A stretch of DNA of 64,000 bases from an uncultured virus (IMG/VR IMGVR_UViG_3300028586_000785) (IMGVR_UViG_3300028586_000785), one strand, 5' to 3'; counted from the first letter of the stretch, positions 54,362-64,000 are shown. Numbers and translations are program-made. The notes: generated by a model not told the origin, from the sequence alone.

Positions 54362-55100
54362 TGAACTGCGCTGCCTTACGTTCGTACATCCGCTTCTTCT
54401 CAACTGACATCTCATCAGAGAGATACTCATTGCGAATAGCTTTGAATCTACGAGCAATGCTCTTGCGGTCCTTTAGCTCTCGTCCACCCCAGATACCAGG
54501 AAGCGGTCTAACATTTGAGTTAGCACCAAGGTCGCGGTCTTCATCACCCATAAGGATAGAATCAGCTAGGCACTTTGCGCGGAGCGGGCAAGTCTTGCAA
54601 GCATTCTTCGCATTGATGATCTTGATGGCAGAGTTGACGTAATCAATCTGGTAGCCCTCATCATCTTCGCCTGCGGGGTAATCCTCTAGGAGAGGTAGCT
54701 CAGCAAAGAAGTCATCAATGTCTAGGGGACCAATCTCAGGATTGATAATGGGGAACTCATCAGGCTTTGAGCATACCGCAAGGTACCCTTCATCACGTGA
54801 GATGGCTTGTCCACTACCATCGCTGAATACACCGCCCGCTTTCTTGCGAGCAAGCCAGACGATGAATACGTAATCAGCTTCGATATCACGCTCTTCACGC
54901 CGCATAGTGATGTCAAACGACTTCACCGCCTTCGGGACTCTCACCCGGCTTTCCATATTATCGAAGATGGGGAATAGCCCCTCTTCGGCGGAATTTGTAC
55001 TATCCCAAGCAACATCTAAAATGCCCATACGCTGAAAAATCCATTTCACATCAGTAACGATCAACGGGGTCAATCTAACAGTTTGCTCACAGAAAAGCAA
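54345..55100 (-). CDS. whiB: WhiB-family transcription factor with an N-terminal extension
   Basis: C...AKNACKTCPLRAKCL...GIWGG...DR; start may be 55028. Confidence 0.8.
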   Translation of the reverse strand: MLFCEQTVRLTPLIVTDVKWIFQRMGILDVAWDSTNSAEEGLFPIFDNMESRVRVPKAVKSFDITMRREERDIEADYVFIVWLARKKAGGVFSDGSGQAISRDEGYLAVCSKPDEFPIINPEIGPLDIDDFFAELPLLEDYPAGEDDEGYQIDYVNSAIKIINAKNACKTCPLRAKCLADSILMGDEDRDLGANSNVRPLPGIWGGRELKDRKSIARRFKAIRNEYLSDEMSVEKKRMYERKAAQFIDDRP

Positions 55101-55142
55101 TAGCTGTGGATAACTTTTTCTAGAAATCCCCGAAACTGATGA

Positions 55143-55988
55143 TTACGACTGGTATGACTCCATTACACGACCAACGCGCTTGCCAATTACGCGGGTGAAG
55201 CCACCCTTGACGTGCCATGTAGCCCATACTGCTGCGGCAAGAGACATGACGACAGGACCGGTAATTGCAGAGAATGGTGTATAGACAGCGGTCGTGAAAA
55301 CGAATAGCGACCAGGACAGTAGGATGGAAGGTGCGAGAAGCACAAACAAGGACTGAATGAAGGGGAAGATGAGCTTATGGGTACGAGGTCTATCAACCTT
55401 GGTTACCCTGTTCAATCCGTTCTTCACCCTGTTGTTGAGGTCAACAAGGAACATACCTTTAGCCTCAGTTTTGACCGGCTCCGCGTTCAGCCTTGCTTCG
55501 TACTCCTTTCGCTCCTTTTTGCTCATTACCTCTTCGTAGAACTGGATGCTATAGATTTTCTTCATCGAGAAGGAAATCACCATCCATGAGCACAAGAGAG
55601 CGGTAACCAAGACCGCATTGTTGCTAATAGGAATTACACCCCGAGAGGCAATGGGGAACAGACTCATAAAGAGAATACCCAGAAGCGAGACTCCTACAAA
55701 AGTGGTCATCATATCCTTGCGGAATACGAATCGAAGTGCACCAATGAAGCCACCCTTGGGCTTGAACACGGTCCTTGCCGCTCCAATGACAGCTAGGTAT
55801 ACGACAAACACGTTCAACACGATGATTCCCGAGTTGATAAGCACAGCCAGCTTGTTAGTCGGGTCTACAGACGGCATCAGGGCGGTAGCAAGCCCTCCAA
55901 TTGCAGCGATTACGAACCACAAAGAGAGGTCTCTCAGAACAATCTTGTTCTTACCAAACCACCCAAAAACTCGCTTATGGAAAGCCAT
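55143..55988 (-). CDS. Multi-pass membrane protein
   Basis: About six hydrophobic segments. Confidence 0.75.
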   Translation of the reverse strand: MAFHKRVFGWFGKNKIVLRDLSLWFVIAAIGGLATALMPSVDPTNKLAVLINSGIIVLNVFVVYLAVIGAARTVFKPKGGFIGALRFVFRKDMMTTFVGVSLLGILFMSLFPIASRGVIPISNNAVLVTALLCSWMVISFSMKKIYSIQFYEEVMSKKERKEYEARLNAEPVKTEAKGMFLVDLNNRVKNGLNRVTKVDRPRTHKLIFPFIQSLFVLLAPSILLSWSLFVFTTAVYTPFSAITGPVVMSLAAAVWATWHVKGGFTRVIGKRVGRVMESYQS

Positions 55989-55995
55989 CTAAACC

Positions 55996-56643
55996 CTACC
56001 TCTTGTTTCCTGGCCAGACTTCAAGGAGTTCGTGGAACTCGACCAGTTGTTCAAGCTTACCGCTTTCTCGCGTTTTGTCCAATGCCTCGAATACAGAAGA
56101 CACAAATTCAGTAGTCTGGCTGTTCTTACGATGCTTGATATCGGCACCAGTAATGGAGGAAATCTGACGAGCAACGGTCTTTGTCGTGAGGTCGGGCAGG
56201 GCATCGATCTTTGTGACCAGCTTGATTCCTTCTGAGAATCCAACTACCCCGTTTGACATGATTGTCACAATGTCCGTGACGACAGTGAAAGCAGCAATTT
56301 CGCCTCCAGAGGGGTAGAGTGCCTGTGCAACGTCGATGACATGGCTATCTTCGGGGATATCGAACAACGAACAAAATAGCTTCGTCCTGTCTTCACCCAA
56401 AGCGGAGAATCTCTCCGCGAAGTCGAACACCGCTCCGACATCTGACCAACTCAGCACGTTATTGGTGCCGCCTCCAGAACGCTTTTGGCGCTTCTTGGGA
56501 GACTGAACAGATGGCTTTTCTTCGGCAGCGGGGGAATGGTCTACTCCCTGGTCATCATCATCATTGTCGTCACTTTGGTTCCAAGTGACACCTTCGCCAT
56601 TATCGCGGTTTTCGTGTTCGTTCCAGTCGATGTGTTCAGACAA
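55996..56643 (-). CDS. Hypothetical protein
   Basis: 215 aa ORF with an acidic N-terminus. Confidence 0.7.
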   Translation of the reverse strand: MSEHIDWNEHENRDNGEGVTWNQSDDNDDDDQGVDHSPAAEEKPSVQSPKKRQKRSGGGTNNVLSWSDVGAVFDFAERFSALGEDRTKLFCSLFDIPEDSHVIDVAQALYPSGGEIAAFTVVTDIVTIMSNGVVGFSEGIKLVTKIDALPDLTTKTVARQISSITGADIKHRKNSQTTEFVSSVFEALDKTRESGKLEQLVEFHELLEVWPGNKR

Positions 56644-56769
56644 TTTAGCCTAGCCTCTTTCATAGTTGCTTATGAAGTGCGGTTGCTATTTCAAGTAACC
56701 TTGACCACCACTTCGCAGGAATACTAACACGGAGAACACCTACTGCCGTGTTTTCTATATGAAGCTGAG

Positions 56770-57333
56770 CTAACCGTTTCGACGTGACTTTCTTGCGACC
56801 TGAGCAACTTCTACTGGCGCTGCCGGAGCAGCCTTTACAGGCTCTGTGACGCTTGTAGAGGGCGCGATAACGCTCTGACTAACTGGTGCACCCGGACCCT
56901 TAGGAGCGCCGGAGAAACGCTTCCTGGGGCTAATGGGAGCGAGGACTACCTTCTTGGGCTTGACATCAATCTTGACTGCATCATCCACAGGCTTTTCACC
57001 ATAAATGTCCGCGATGAAAGCAAGAATCTTGCGCTGAGCTAGTTCCTGTACCGAACCAGTTGACGACTTAGCAGGGATGATCCAGGTGGACCTACTGTCT
57101 TCGCTTTCTTCTAGTGCTTCACCCAGAGAGATGACCTCAACATCGTCAAGCTGAGATATTCTTCCCTTGAGGGACAATTCAGCCTTGATGATTCCAAAGA
57201 TGGTGGAGTTTCTTTCCCAAAGAACCCATGACCACTTACCGCCTTGCGCAGCGCTATCGATATCTTCTACAAGCTCATCAGCGGGATATGCCTTGCCATC
57301 TTCTATGAGAATTCCGAAAAGGACACTGTTCAC
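56770..57333 (-). CDS. Hypothetical protein
   Basis: 187 aa ORF with a GTGA overlap to sbcD. Confidence 0.7.
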   Translation of the reverse strand: MNSVLFGILIEDGKAYPADELVEDIDSAAQGGKWSWVLWERNSTIFGIIKAELSLKGRISQLDDVEVISLGEALEESEDSRSTWIIPAKSSTGSVQELAQRKILAFIADIYGEKPVDDAVKIDVKPKKVVLAPISPRKRFSGAPKGPGAPVSQSVIAPSTSVTEPVKAAPAAPVEVAQVARKSRRNG

Positions 57334-58499
57334 TTCTTGATACCTACAGTCTGCATCACTGAATTGAGTTCCTCGATCATAGCCTCAACTTCATCGTTGT
57401 CTGTAATACCATGACGTTCGAGGTAGAGCTTCAAAGCGTCAACGGGTGAGGTATCAATAGAAGCACCCGATGCTCTCTTGAGAGATGTCCTCTTAGGCTT
57501 AGGTAGGCGGGCAATCTGGTTGCTGATTCCCAGCCGGTCCAACTTTGCTTTGGCATTCTTGATATCGAGAGAGTCAGCACCATCGTGATCAACAACAATC
57601 TTGACGATATCACCCTCGTTGATCTTGTCAATGTCGGTGATACTGTCCTTGCCACCAATGCTTAGGTCAACCTTGACTAGCTCGCGAACTTTTAGCTCCC
57701 CAAACTTCAGGGTGGATTTGTTCTTGTCATCAATAGTGATGATGTCATAGCCCTTAGCTTCACGATATTCACCGAATGAGACCTTGTAGGGCGAGCCAAT
57801 GTAGCCGGTCTTGTCAGATAGCTGCTGCCTCTTGTGGATGTGACCAAGACGGGCAAGTGACCATGCACCAGCATCGAGAAGCTCTGTGGGAATGTGTGCT
57901 TCAAGTAGAGTGGTTGCCATACTCATTTCAGAGCCGCGAGATGCCATGCCATTGTCAAACGTGCATTCGTCGGTAACAAGGTGACCGAGGAACATGGACG
58001 GTCCACCCTTAATCTGACTAGAAAGATCCTCGACAACAGAACGAAGCTGCTCGCTGGTATTCATGACCTTGGACTTCCCAGAAACCCGCAACCAAGGTGC
58101 CAATGCGAACTGCATACCGTCTACGTCGATTACCTCAGGAGAGGATGCAGTGACAACACGGGCAAGGTCACCAAAGTAAGCAGCAATCGGGGTTCGCTGC
58201 TTTGCTACGACAGTTTGCTGGTCGTGATTTCCGTCAATGATGACTGCGGTACATCCTTTGTGGAGTCTCTTTAGTGCGTCCCTGACCATAGCAACGGCTT
58301 CGGCAGTTGGCTTTCCGGTATCGAACAAATCACCTGCGATGACGAAGAAGCTAGCCTTGTGGTTGTTAGCAGCATCAATGGAATCATTGAGCCGACCAAA
58401 CGACTCCACCCAGTTGGAGTGGACTCCCTTTTCGTGATCGAAACCTCCTACGGAAGTTGCGTCAACATGTGGGTCAGCAATAGCGATGATCGTGGTCAT
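57330..58499 (-). CDS. sbcD: SbcD/Mre11-like metallophosphoesterase nuclease
   Basis: ADPH, AGDLFD, GNHD, GH, LGHIH, YIGSP...FGE. Confidence 0.9.
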   Translation of the reverse strand: MTTIIAIADPHVDATSVGGFDHEKGVHSNWVESFGRLNDSIDAANNHKASFFVIAGDLFDTGKPTAEAVAMVRDALKRLHKGCTAVIIDGNHDQQTVVAKQRTPIAAYFGDLARVVTASSPEVIDVDGMQFALAPWLRVSGKSKVMNTSEQLRSVVEDLSSQIKGGPSMFLGHLVTDECTFDNGMASRGSEMSMATTLLEAHIPTELLDAGAWSLARLGHIHKRQQLSDKTGYIGSPYKVSFGEYREAKGYDIITIDDKNKSTLKFGELKVRELVKVDLSIGGKDSITDIDKINEGDIVKIVVDHDGADSLDIKNAKAKLDRLGISNQIARLPKPKRTSLKRASGASIDTSPVDALKLYLERHGITDNDEVEAMIEELNSVMQTVGIKK

Positions 58500-58552
58500 T
58501 CTTACCTCTCTTGGCTGACAAGTTATCACAGAACAACCACAATCGCAAACGG

Positions 58553-61500
58553 CTATACAGTTACATCATCCTCTTCCAGAGCGGCATCTGTTGACACCGG
58601 GTCTTTGGAGCTTTGGTAACCCAAGTCGGCAAACGTAACATCTCGTGTCTTCTTTTTCTCGTCAACAAGGTTGCTGATTGTTCCAGCATATGTCGAGTCC
58701 CAGATGTTGTAGATGGTCTGGTCAGGCTTTGGTAGGACGATACGAGACTTGGTTCCAGCCGACCCGCCGCTTCCTCCACCGAAGCCAGCGCCACGGTTCT
58801 TGGGTAGCTTAGCCAAGATATCCAAGATGTCGTTAGGCTTGCCCTCGTCGGGATCACCATCCATAACCCAGAACCCACGGAACGAGCGGTAGTTTCCGCC
58901 CTGAGAAATCATTCCAACACCCTTGGTCTTGATCTTCTCAAGACCGTTTTCTTCGATAACAACGCGAGATGCCATATCGTTCTGGCACTTCAAACCAATT
59001 CGGCGCATCTGCTGACGGATAACCGATGGGATGGAAGCATTGGTCGGGTACTGCGTTAGCGCTACGAGGTAGATACCAGCAGAACGAGCCTTTCGAGCGA
59101 TTTCAGCAGTGTTGGTAAGAAGCCTCTTCTGTTCATTCTTCTCTTCAGCGTTAGAGGACTCAGCGAACAGCGTTGCACATTCCTCCATGATGATGAAGAG
59201 GTAAGGTAGGTACAACGGGTGATCTTCAAGTGGGGTACCGTTTCGCTCAGATTCCAGCTTTGCGATATCACGAGCTTTGGATAGCTTCTTCGGTGCCTTG
59301 GGGTGAGATGAGAAGATCTTGTTTCGGTTGTCCATCTCTACACGAGCATCCCACATGAGGTCAGCGGCATTCTTGATGAAATCTTCGTCAGGTGTCCATG
59401 AGTCAACGAACCTCTCTACAACGTCTACATCACGGTAGACCTGCATTTCGTTCTTAGGCTCAATCATCCAGAACCTAGCCTCGCCCGGACCATTGTTTTG
59501 CATTACCTGCAAGATGAACGCAGAGGCAACAACAGACTTTCCACTACCAGAAGCACCAGCGATAAGGAGGTGAGGCTCTTCTGCGTCCCAGTCGTATACA
59601 GCAAGGTTGTCATCAGCCATGACACCAGGCGACCAAGAGATTTTCTCTTGACCGGAGATACGACCCGGAAGGATCTGGTCCTCGAAGTCCATGAACTTGA
59701 AGGTTCGCTTCAATGGGTCTTCGCGGCTGGCGATAACCGTGAACATGGATTGCTGCTCACGCTCGGCTCGGATTCTTTCTTCCTCACTCATGTTGCTTGT
59801 CTCAACCTCGTCACCCTGCTGCATCTCCATGAAGGAATATCCAGAAGTTGTTTTGATCGCAGACATCTTGGTGGGGAACTCTTCGTAAGCCATACCACTA
59901 GGAATGTTGAAGATGAGCTTGTCAACAATTTGAGTTGTTGCTTCACGGCGAATGAGCTTAGGGAAACCATTGGAACCTTGTAGCTTAAGAACGGACCAGT
60001 AGTACTGCCAGTCCATTTCGTCGATCATCTTGCGGACAACAGCAGGAGGGCGAACAAAGCTGGTCTCTGTGCGGTCATTGAATGTTGGTTCATCTCCAAT
60101 GAATACAGAGATAGGAGCCTGACCACCAGCGCTTGCCGACTTGTCATCACTACCCTTGATGCGGACCCACTCAACGTCCAGTGCAGCCTTGATGGTTTCG
60201 AGGCTTGCGAAGAACGTCTGAGTGCTAACGCCCACGGGAGGAATGACCTTGATTTCCATGATCTGACGCTTAGACTCAGGTCGGGTAATCATAGAGCAGG
60301 AGAGCATCGTGCAGTATCCGAGGTTCTTGACCTTGGCTAGGGCGGGGATGACCTTAGAACGGACAAGCAACTCTCTCATCCAAAGGTCAATCTCAGGGGA
60401 TAGCAATGGGGGCGGGTCAGTCTCTGTCCACCACACTCTGAATCCAGCAGAACCAACAGTTCCCGAAACCTCTTCGTTGGAGGTCGTGATATTTCCAATC
60501 GGAGAGATGGCGCAAAGGTCTACTCCAAGGGCGTTGCTAATGCGGGCAGCAACCTCTTTGAAGTCATCAAACGTCGAACCCTGAGGGTAACCAAACGTCG
60601 CAATCTTGACCTGAGGGTCGTAAGGCTCATCTTGGTTCTCTTCGCTGTTGACCTCAATCTCGCCACCGTTCTTGCGAGCGCCACTTCTTCTTGCTCGTGC
60701 AATACGATCACGCGCAAGTCGCCTTTGAAGCTGAGTGTTTTCATGTTCTTCAAGAGTAGGTAGTTCCATCTCGACATTGAAGCCGGGAATCTTATCGCGC
60801 ATGAACTCGAATGCGCTTGACCAGAACTGACGACGCTCTTCTCTCTGTTGCCATCCAACTACATATGCACTTGCCATAATCCGGCTAGCGGCAATGGCTA
60901 GACCCATAACGAACGCACCAAGAACGATGAGTAGCGTGAGCCAGATAGGGAGCTTCGCGAACAGACCAACGAGAAGTAGAAGCACTGCCGGACCACTACC
61001 GTAGATGAGAGCCTTCGGAAGTAGTTCCATGAAAGGAAGCTCGGCACGGCTCTTGTTGATGAGAACAGCAGGTCGTGGCTCTACGGCAGCAATGGTCTCT
61101 TTGTCACCCTGAATTCTTCTGGTCGCAACAACAGTCTGAAGCGCAACGAACCATCCGATTACACTCAACGGGTAGCTGATGAACCAAGGGATAAGGAAGC
61201 CAGTACCCCAAATTGGGTAGTGCGCCGCAACCAAGAAGATGTCTGGAATTCCAAGGAGCAGCGCTCCAAAAGCATTCCAGTAGGAGGAAAGCCTTGTCCA
61301 AGGAGAAAGACCTGCCGGTATTTCGTGATCCTCGTCATCGGTTGGCGCACCAAAAGCAATGGTATTGAGGGTCAGTAGCTGACGAGCGTTCATCTTGTAG
61401 GAGACGAAGAAAGTCGCCAATCTGAACGGGAATGTCATCATGATGTACATTCCCTTATTGACATCAGTCATGGAAAGGTCTTTCCATACAAACGCCGCAC

Positions 61501-61636
61501 CCAGCAAGATACCCAGCATCATGAATCCCACAGGGATCATCAAGGCAACGTAGAGGAAGATCGCAACAACAACCACTCCACCTAGCGCAATCTTACGCCA
61601 GAGTTCCCACGGTCCTAGTATTCCGCGACCACGCAT
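58553..61636 (-). CDS. FtsK/SpoIIIE-family membrane DNA translocase
   Basis: N-terminal TM helices; PHLLIAGASGSGKS; IEPK; EM..R; IMEE; ARKARSAGI.L..LTQYP. Confidence 0.9.
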   Translation of the reverse strand: MRGRGILGPWELWRKIALGGVVVVAIFLYVALMIPVGFMMLGILLGAAFVWKDLSMTDVNKGMYIMMTFPFRLATFFVSYKMNARQLLTLNTIAFGAPTDDEDHEIPAGLSPWTRLSSYWNAFGALLLGIPDIFLVAAHYPIWGTGFLIPWFISYPLSVIGWFVALQTVVATRRIQGDKETIAAVEPRPAVLINKSRAELPFMELLPKALIYGSGPAVLLLLVGLFAKLPIWLTLLIVLGAFVMGLAIAASRIMASAYVVGWQQREERRQFWSSAFEFMRDKIPGFNVEMELPTLEEHENTQLQRRLARDRIARARRSGARKNGGEIEVNSEENQDEPYDPQVKIATFGYPQGSTFDDFKEVAARISNALGVDLCAISPIGNITTSNEEVSGTVGSAGFRVWWTETDPPPLLSPEIDLWMRELLVRSKVIPALAKVKNLGYCTMLSCSMITRPESKRQIMEIKVIPPVGVSTQTFFASLETIKAALDVEWVRIKGSDDKSASAGGQAPISVFIGDEPTFNDRTETSFVRPPAVVRKMIDEMDWQYYWSVLKLQGSNGFPKLIRREATTQIVDKLIFNIPSGMAYEEFPTKMSAIKTTSGYSFMEMQQGDEVETSNMSEEERIRAEREQQSMFTVIASREDPLKRTFKFMDFEDQILPGRISGQEKISWSPGVMADDNLAVYDWDAEEPHLLIAGASGSGKSVVASAFILQVMQNNGPGEARFWMIEPKNEMQVYRDVDVVERFVDSWTPDEDFIKNAADLMWDARVEMDNRNKIFSSHPKAPKKLSKARDIAKLESERNGTPLEDHPLYLPYLFIIMEECATLFAESSNAEEKNEQKRLLTNTAEIARKARSAGIYLVALTQYPTNASIPSVIRQQMRRIGLKCQNDMASRVVIEENGLEKIKTKGVGMISQGGNYRSFRGFWVMDGDPDEGKPNDILDILAKLPKNRGAGFGGGSGGSAGTKSRIVLPKPDQTIYNIWDSTYAGTISNLVDEKKKTRDVTFADLGYQSSKDPVSTDAALEEDDVTV

Positions 61637-62397
61637 TAAGCTTTCCTTTTGACTATCTGTTTAGCACTTTGGATTCCCCTGCTAACGGGGATGGTTCCTG
61701 TCGTAATGAACGAAGTGCCATTACCTGAGAACTGCTGTTCCTTGGTGCTTATTACAATGGATACCATCATAGACGAATCGAACTCTCCATCATTCGAAAA
61801 CGCCACAAGGTCACTATCAAAAGCTTCCTGAATGGGTAATCTGTACTTTTCAAAGTCGCTTAAAGAGCCACCTGACCGGCTTATTACTGATGCTATCACT
61901 ACCGATTCAGATGAATCATCTGTGGTAATCAGTCTTGCATGAAGAAGAGGGCAATAGCCGATAGCCATATCAGAACAGAGGATGGGATAGAGACCCAACC
62001 TCATTACGAAGTCTCGCTCTTGCTGACTTAGCCTCTTGTCAAAAACAGAGACACCAACGGCGCTATCTGTCCATATGACTCGGAACCCTTCACGAGAAAT
62101 TGACTGGCTGGTGTTGCCATCGACAGAAAAGTCATTGACAACACCAACCGGACAAACACATACGTTCTCATGACCGAGAGAAGACTTTATGTCTTCCGAA
62201 CGAGACCTCACGTCTTCGAAAGTACCACCTTCGAGAATCTGAAAAGTCTCCACGTTCATGTCTAGAACACCCTCGGGGCGCTCTAATTTGGTTAGCCTAG
62301 AGAGCGGAAGTGTAGATTTCCAGAACTTCCTTCTGTCTGCTATTTCTTTGCTGTATTGGATACGTTGTACCCATTTAGGTGCGTTCATGGCAGACAT
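61636..62397 (-). CDS. Paralog of the FtsK central (non-ATPase) region
   Basis: Aligns by eye with the adjacent FtsK: RRKFW/RRQFW, GGTFED/GSTFDD, GFRVIWTD/GFRVWWTE, IGYC/LGYC. Confidence 0.75.
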   Translation of the reverse strand: MSAMNAPKWVQRIQYSKEIADRRKFWKSTLPLSRLTKLERPEGVLDMNVETFQILEGGTFEDVRSRSEDIKSSLGHENVCVCPVGVVNDFSVDGNTSQSISREGFRVIWTDSAVGVSVFDKRLSQQERDFVMRLGLYPILCSDMAIGYCPLLHARLITTDDSSESVVIASVISRSGGSLSDFEKYRLPIQEAFDSDLVAFSNDGEFDSSMMVSIVISTKEQQFSGNGTSFITTGTIPVSRGIQSAKQIVKRKA

Positions 62398-62411
62398 AAT
62401 TGTAGTCCCTC

Positions 62412-64000
62412 TTAGGCGGCAACTCCGACTTCTTTGGTCTTTCTGAGGATGGATCTCACAAGAGTCTCTACAGACTCGCTCTTCATCTCGGTAATCAATT
62501 CATCCTGACCTTCGCCGTCGATAACTGCGTTGAAGGTAGCCTTCTTGATTCGGTTCATTTGAAGCAACCTGGGGTCTTCTGTACCGTCAACAACAGCATA
62601 GTGAATGTTGGCATCGTGGGGAGGGAAGTCCTCAGAAAGTCGCGCCCAGCATCGACCAGCCATCTGAACGACCCATGACGGCACGAATGGAATCTCATGT
62701 AGGTAGACATCCTTTGCGGCAGTAAGGGTGTGTCCCTCACGAGCAGCCATGCTGCAAATCATCAGGCGGTACCGGTCGTCCTTCTGGAACATTCTCTTGT
62801 GCTGCTGAATGCTGTCACCAGACTGATCTCCACCAGGAAGGATGGTCAAGATACCGTACTTCTGTAGGTCTGGGTGCTCGATTAGAGCCTTACGGGGGTC
62901 TTGGTGGTGAACGAATACGATAAGTTTCTGGCGTGTTTCGTCGCCTCCGGTCACTTCGGGGTCACCTGCCATAAACTTGTGAATCCACTCCACCGTGCCG
63001 TCAACCTTACCCAGCCCCAACCACTGACGAATCTTTGTAAGGCGCATCATTGCTTCACCGTTGTCAAGCTTCCTAGTGATCTCCATAACAGCCTTTTTGA
63101 TGGAGATGTTCTCCGTCTTTGCAAGCTCGCGAGCCTGATTGATTGCCCAGTCGCGGAACTCCTCATCCAAGCGCTCGTACTCCGCCCAAGCGTTCTCTGT
63201 CATAGAGATCTTGATGACGTTCTCGGTCAACTTAGGGAGAGGGTGCATAACATCAGACTTGCGTCGTCTAACCATTCCCGTATCAATGAGTAGTTTGTGA
63301 AGTTCCTTGACGTTTGCTGCACCCTTGTTCTGCCACAGGTGGAACTTGTCAAACTTGGCATCACAGAAGTAGTACTCGAATGCGCCCTTATCGGTAAGTG
63401 GTACTTCGAGGAAGCGAGGATTCTTTGAGCTTGCAGCACGCTTGAAGTCAAACTTGGGGTTCTTGATCTCCATCGTCGTCCTATCTAGCTTAGAGCGAGC
63501 GAACTTAGCGAAGATTTCGCTGATGCCGAGAATCTCCAAAAGGCTCCAAAGCTCAATAGGCGCGTTGAGGAACGGAGTTCCACTTGCCATGATAATGAAC
63601 GGCTCCACATTGTCTTTCTCAGCCTGCTTGATGATGTGCTTAGATAGCTGGTGAGCAGCAACGGTTCTCTTTGATGCATCGTTCTTGTAGACGTGACACT
63701 CATCAGCAATAAAGCCGAGAGGGTTGAGAGCAATGAGGTCATCTACACGATTCGAAATGATGTCGTGGTTGATGATGTAGAAGTCCTTACCCGGTTCCAG
63801 CGGCGCTGGCTTGGCACCATTGATGATTTCAACCTGTGCTTCGGACCACCACTTGAGAACCTCTTCACCAATCTCTTCCTTCATGGACTTAGTGACAGCG
63901 ATAACCACGGGGAACTTACCGTGCTTGATACCGTCCTTGCCATTACGGAACTGGTTGACAGCAAGTGAAGTGCCAACGAATGAGCCACCCTTTCCAAGAC
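62412..64000 (-). CDS. SNF2-like helicase, N-terminus outside the window
   Basis: LGK at the window edge, IADECH, SGTP..N...EL.SLL, RR.K.DV...LP, AREG.TLT.A, Q..GR; the frame stays open to the window end. Confidence 0.9.
   Translation of the reverse strand, partial: LGKGGSFVGTSLAVNQFRNGKDGIKHGKFPVVIAVTKSMKEEIGEEVLKWWSEAQVEIINGAKPAPLEPGKDFYIINHDIISNRVDDLIALNPLGFIADECHVYKNDASKRTVAAHQLSKHIIKQAEKDNVEPFIIMASGTPFLNAPIELWSLLEILGISEIFAKFARSKLDRTTMEIKNPKFDFKRAASSKNPRFLEVPLTDKGAFEYYFCDAKFDKFHLWQNKGAANVKELHKLLIDTGMVRRRKSDVMHPLPKLTENVIKISMTENAWAEYERLDEEFRDWAINQARELAKTENISIKKAVMEITRKLDNGEAMMRLTKIRQWLGLGKVDGTVEWIHKFMAGDPEVTGGDETRQKLIVFVHHQDPRKALIEHPDLQKYGILTILPGGDQSGDSIQQHKRMFQKDDRYRLMICSMAAREGHTLTAAKDVYLHEIPFVPSWVVQMAGRCWARLSEDFPPHDANIHYAVVDGTEDPRLLQMNRIKKATFNAVIDGEGQDELITEMKSESVETLVRSILRKTKEVGVAA

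Noticed and set aside
26000..63968. Numerous plus-strand ORFs antisense to core genes (e.g. 28092-28688, 33551-34210, 41477-41992)
   Set aside because: Shadow ORFs of well-supported minus-strand genes.
1..64000. tRNA/rRNA genes, transposases and virion structural genes
   Set aside because: None recognised by eye; a divergent tRNA or structural gene could have been missed without a search.

Overview
This window looks like part of a large extrachromosomal element from an actinobacterial host, either a jumbo phage or a megaplasmid. The host call rests on WhiB-like, mIHF-like and actinobacterial-type topoisomerase IV genes. No capsid, terminase or relaxase gene was recognised, so the element type is unresolved. 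Almost all genes are on the minus strand, in three zones. (1) 1-20.1 kb is an accessory zone holding about 26 divergent paralogs of one family I do not recognise. They are mostly ~160-220 aa with a conserved C-terminal block (GY..eDVlaL...EV...W..L...D(I/V)D.sL..SLL), lie in translationally coupled operons, and six of their transcription units share a CGATTTG motif at the -35 position. Small self-contained promoter-gene-terminator cassettes are inserted between them. (2) 20.1-22.5 kb is a ~2.4 kb non-coding region with a C-rich to G/A-rich strand switch and a cluster of strand-specific DNA hairpins built from GA/GGA mismatches and GNA loops. It is a candidate replication origin, and it is followed by an HTH-like gene carrying the array family's C-terminal motif. 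(3) 24-64 kb is a replication, recombination and DNA-transfer core: DnaG, RecA with an AT-hook tail, NERD- and Vsr-like nucleases, mIHF, HolA, a lysozyme-like/M23 hydrolase plus lipoprotein, ParC/ParE, a PD-(D/E)XK nuclease, DnaN, SbcC, SSB, DinG, WhiB, SbcD, FtsK with an ATPase-less paralog, and a partial SNF2 helicase. All calls come from motif recognition by eye; no searches were run.
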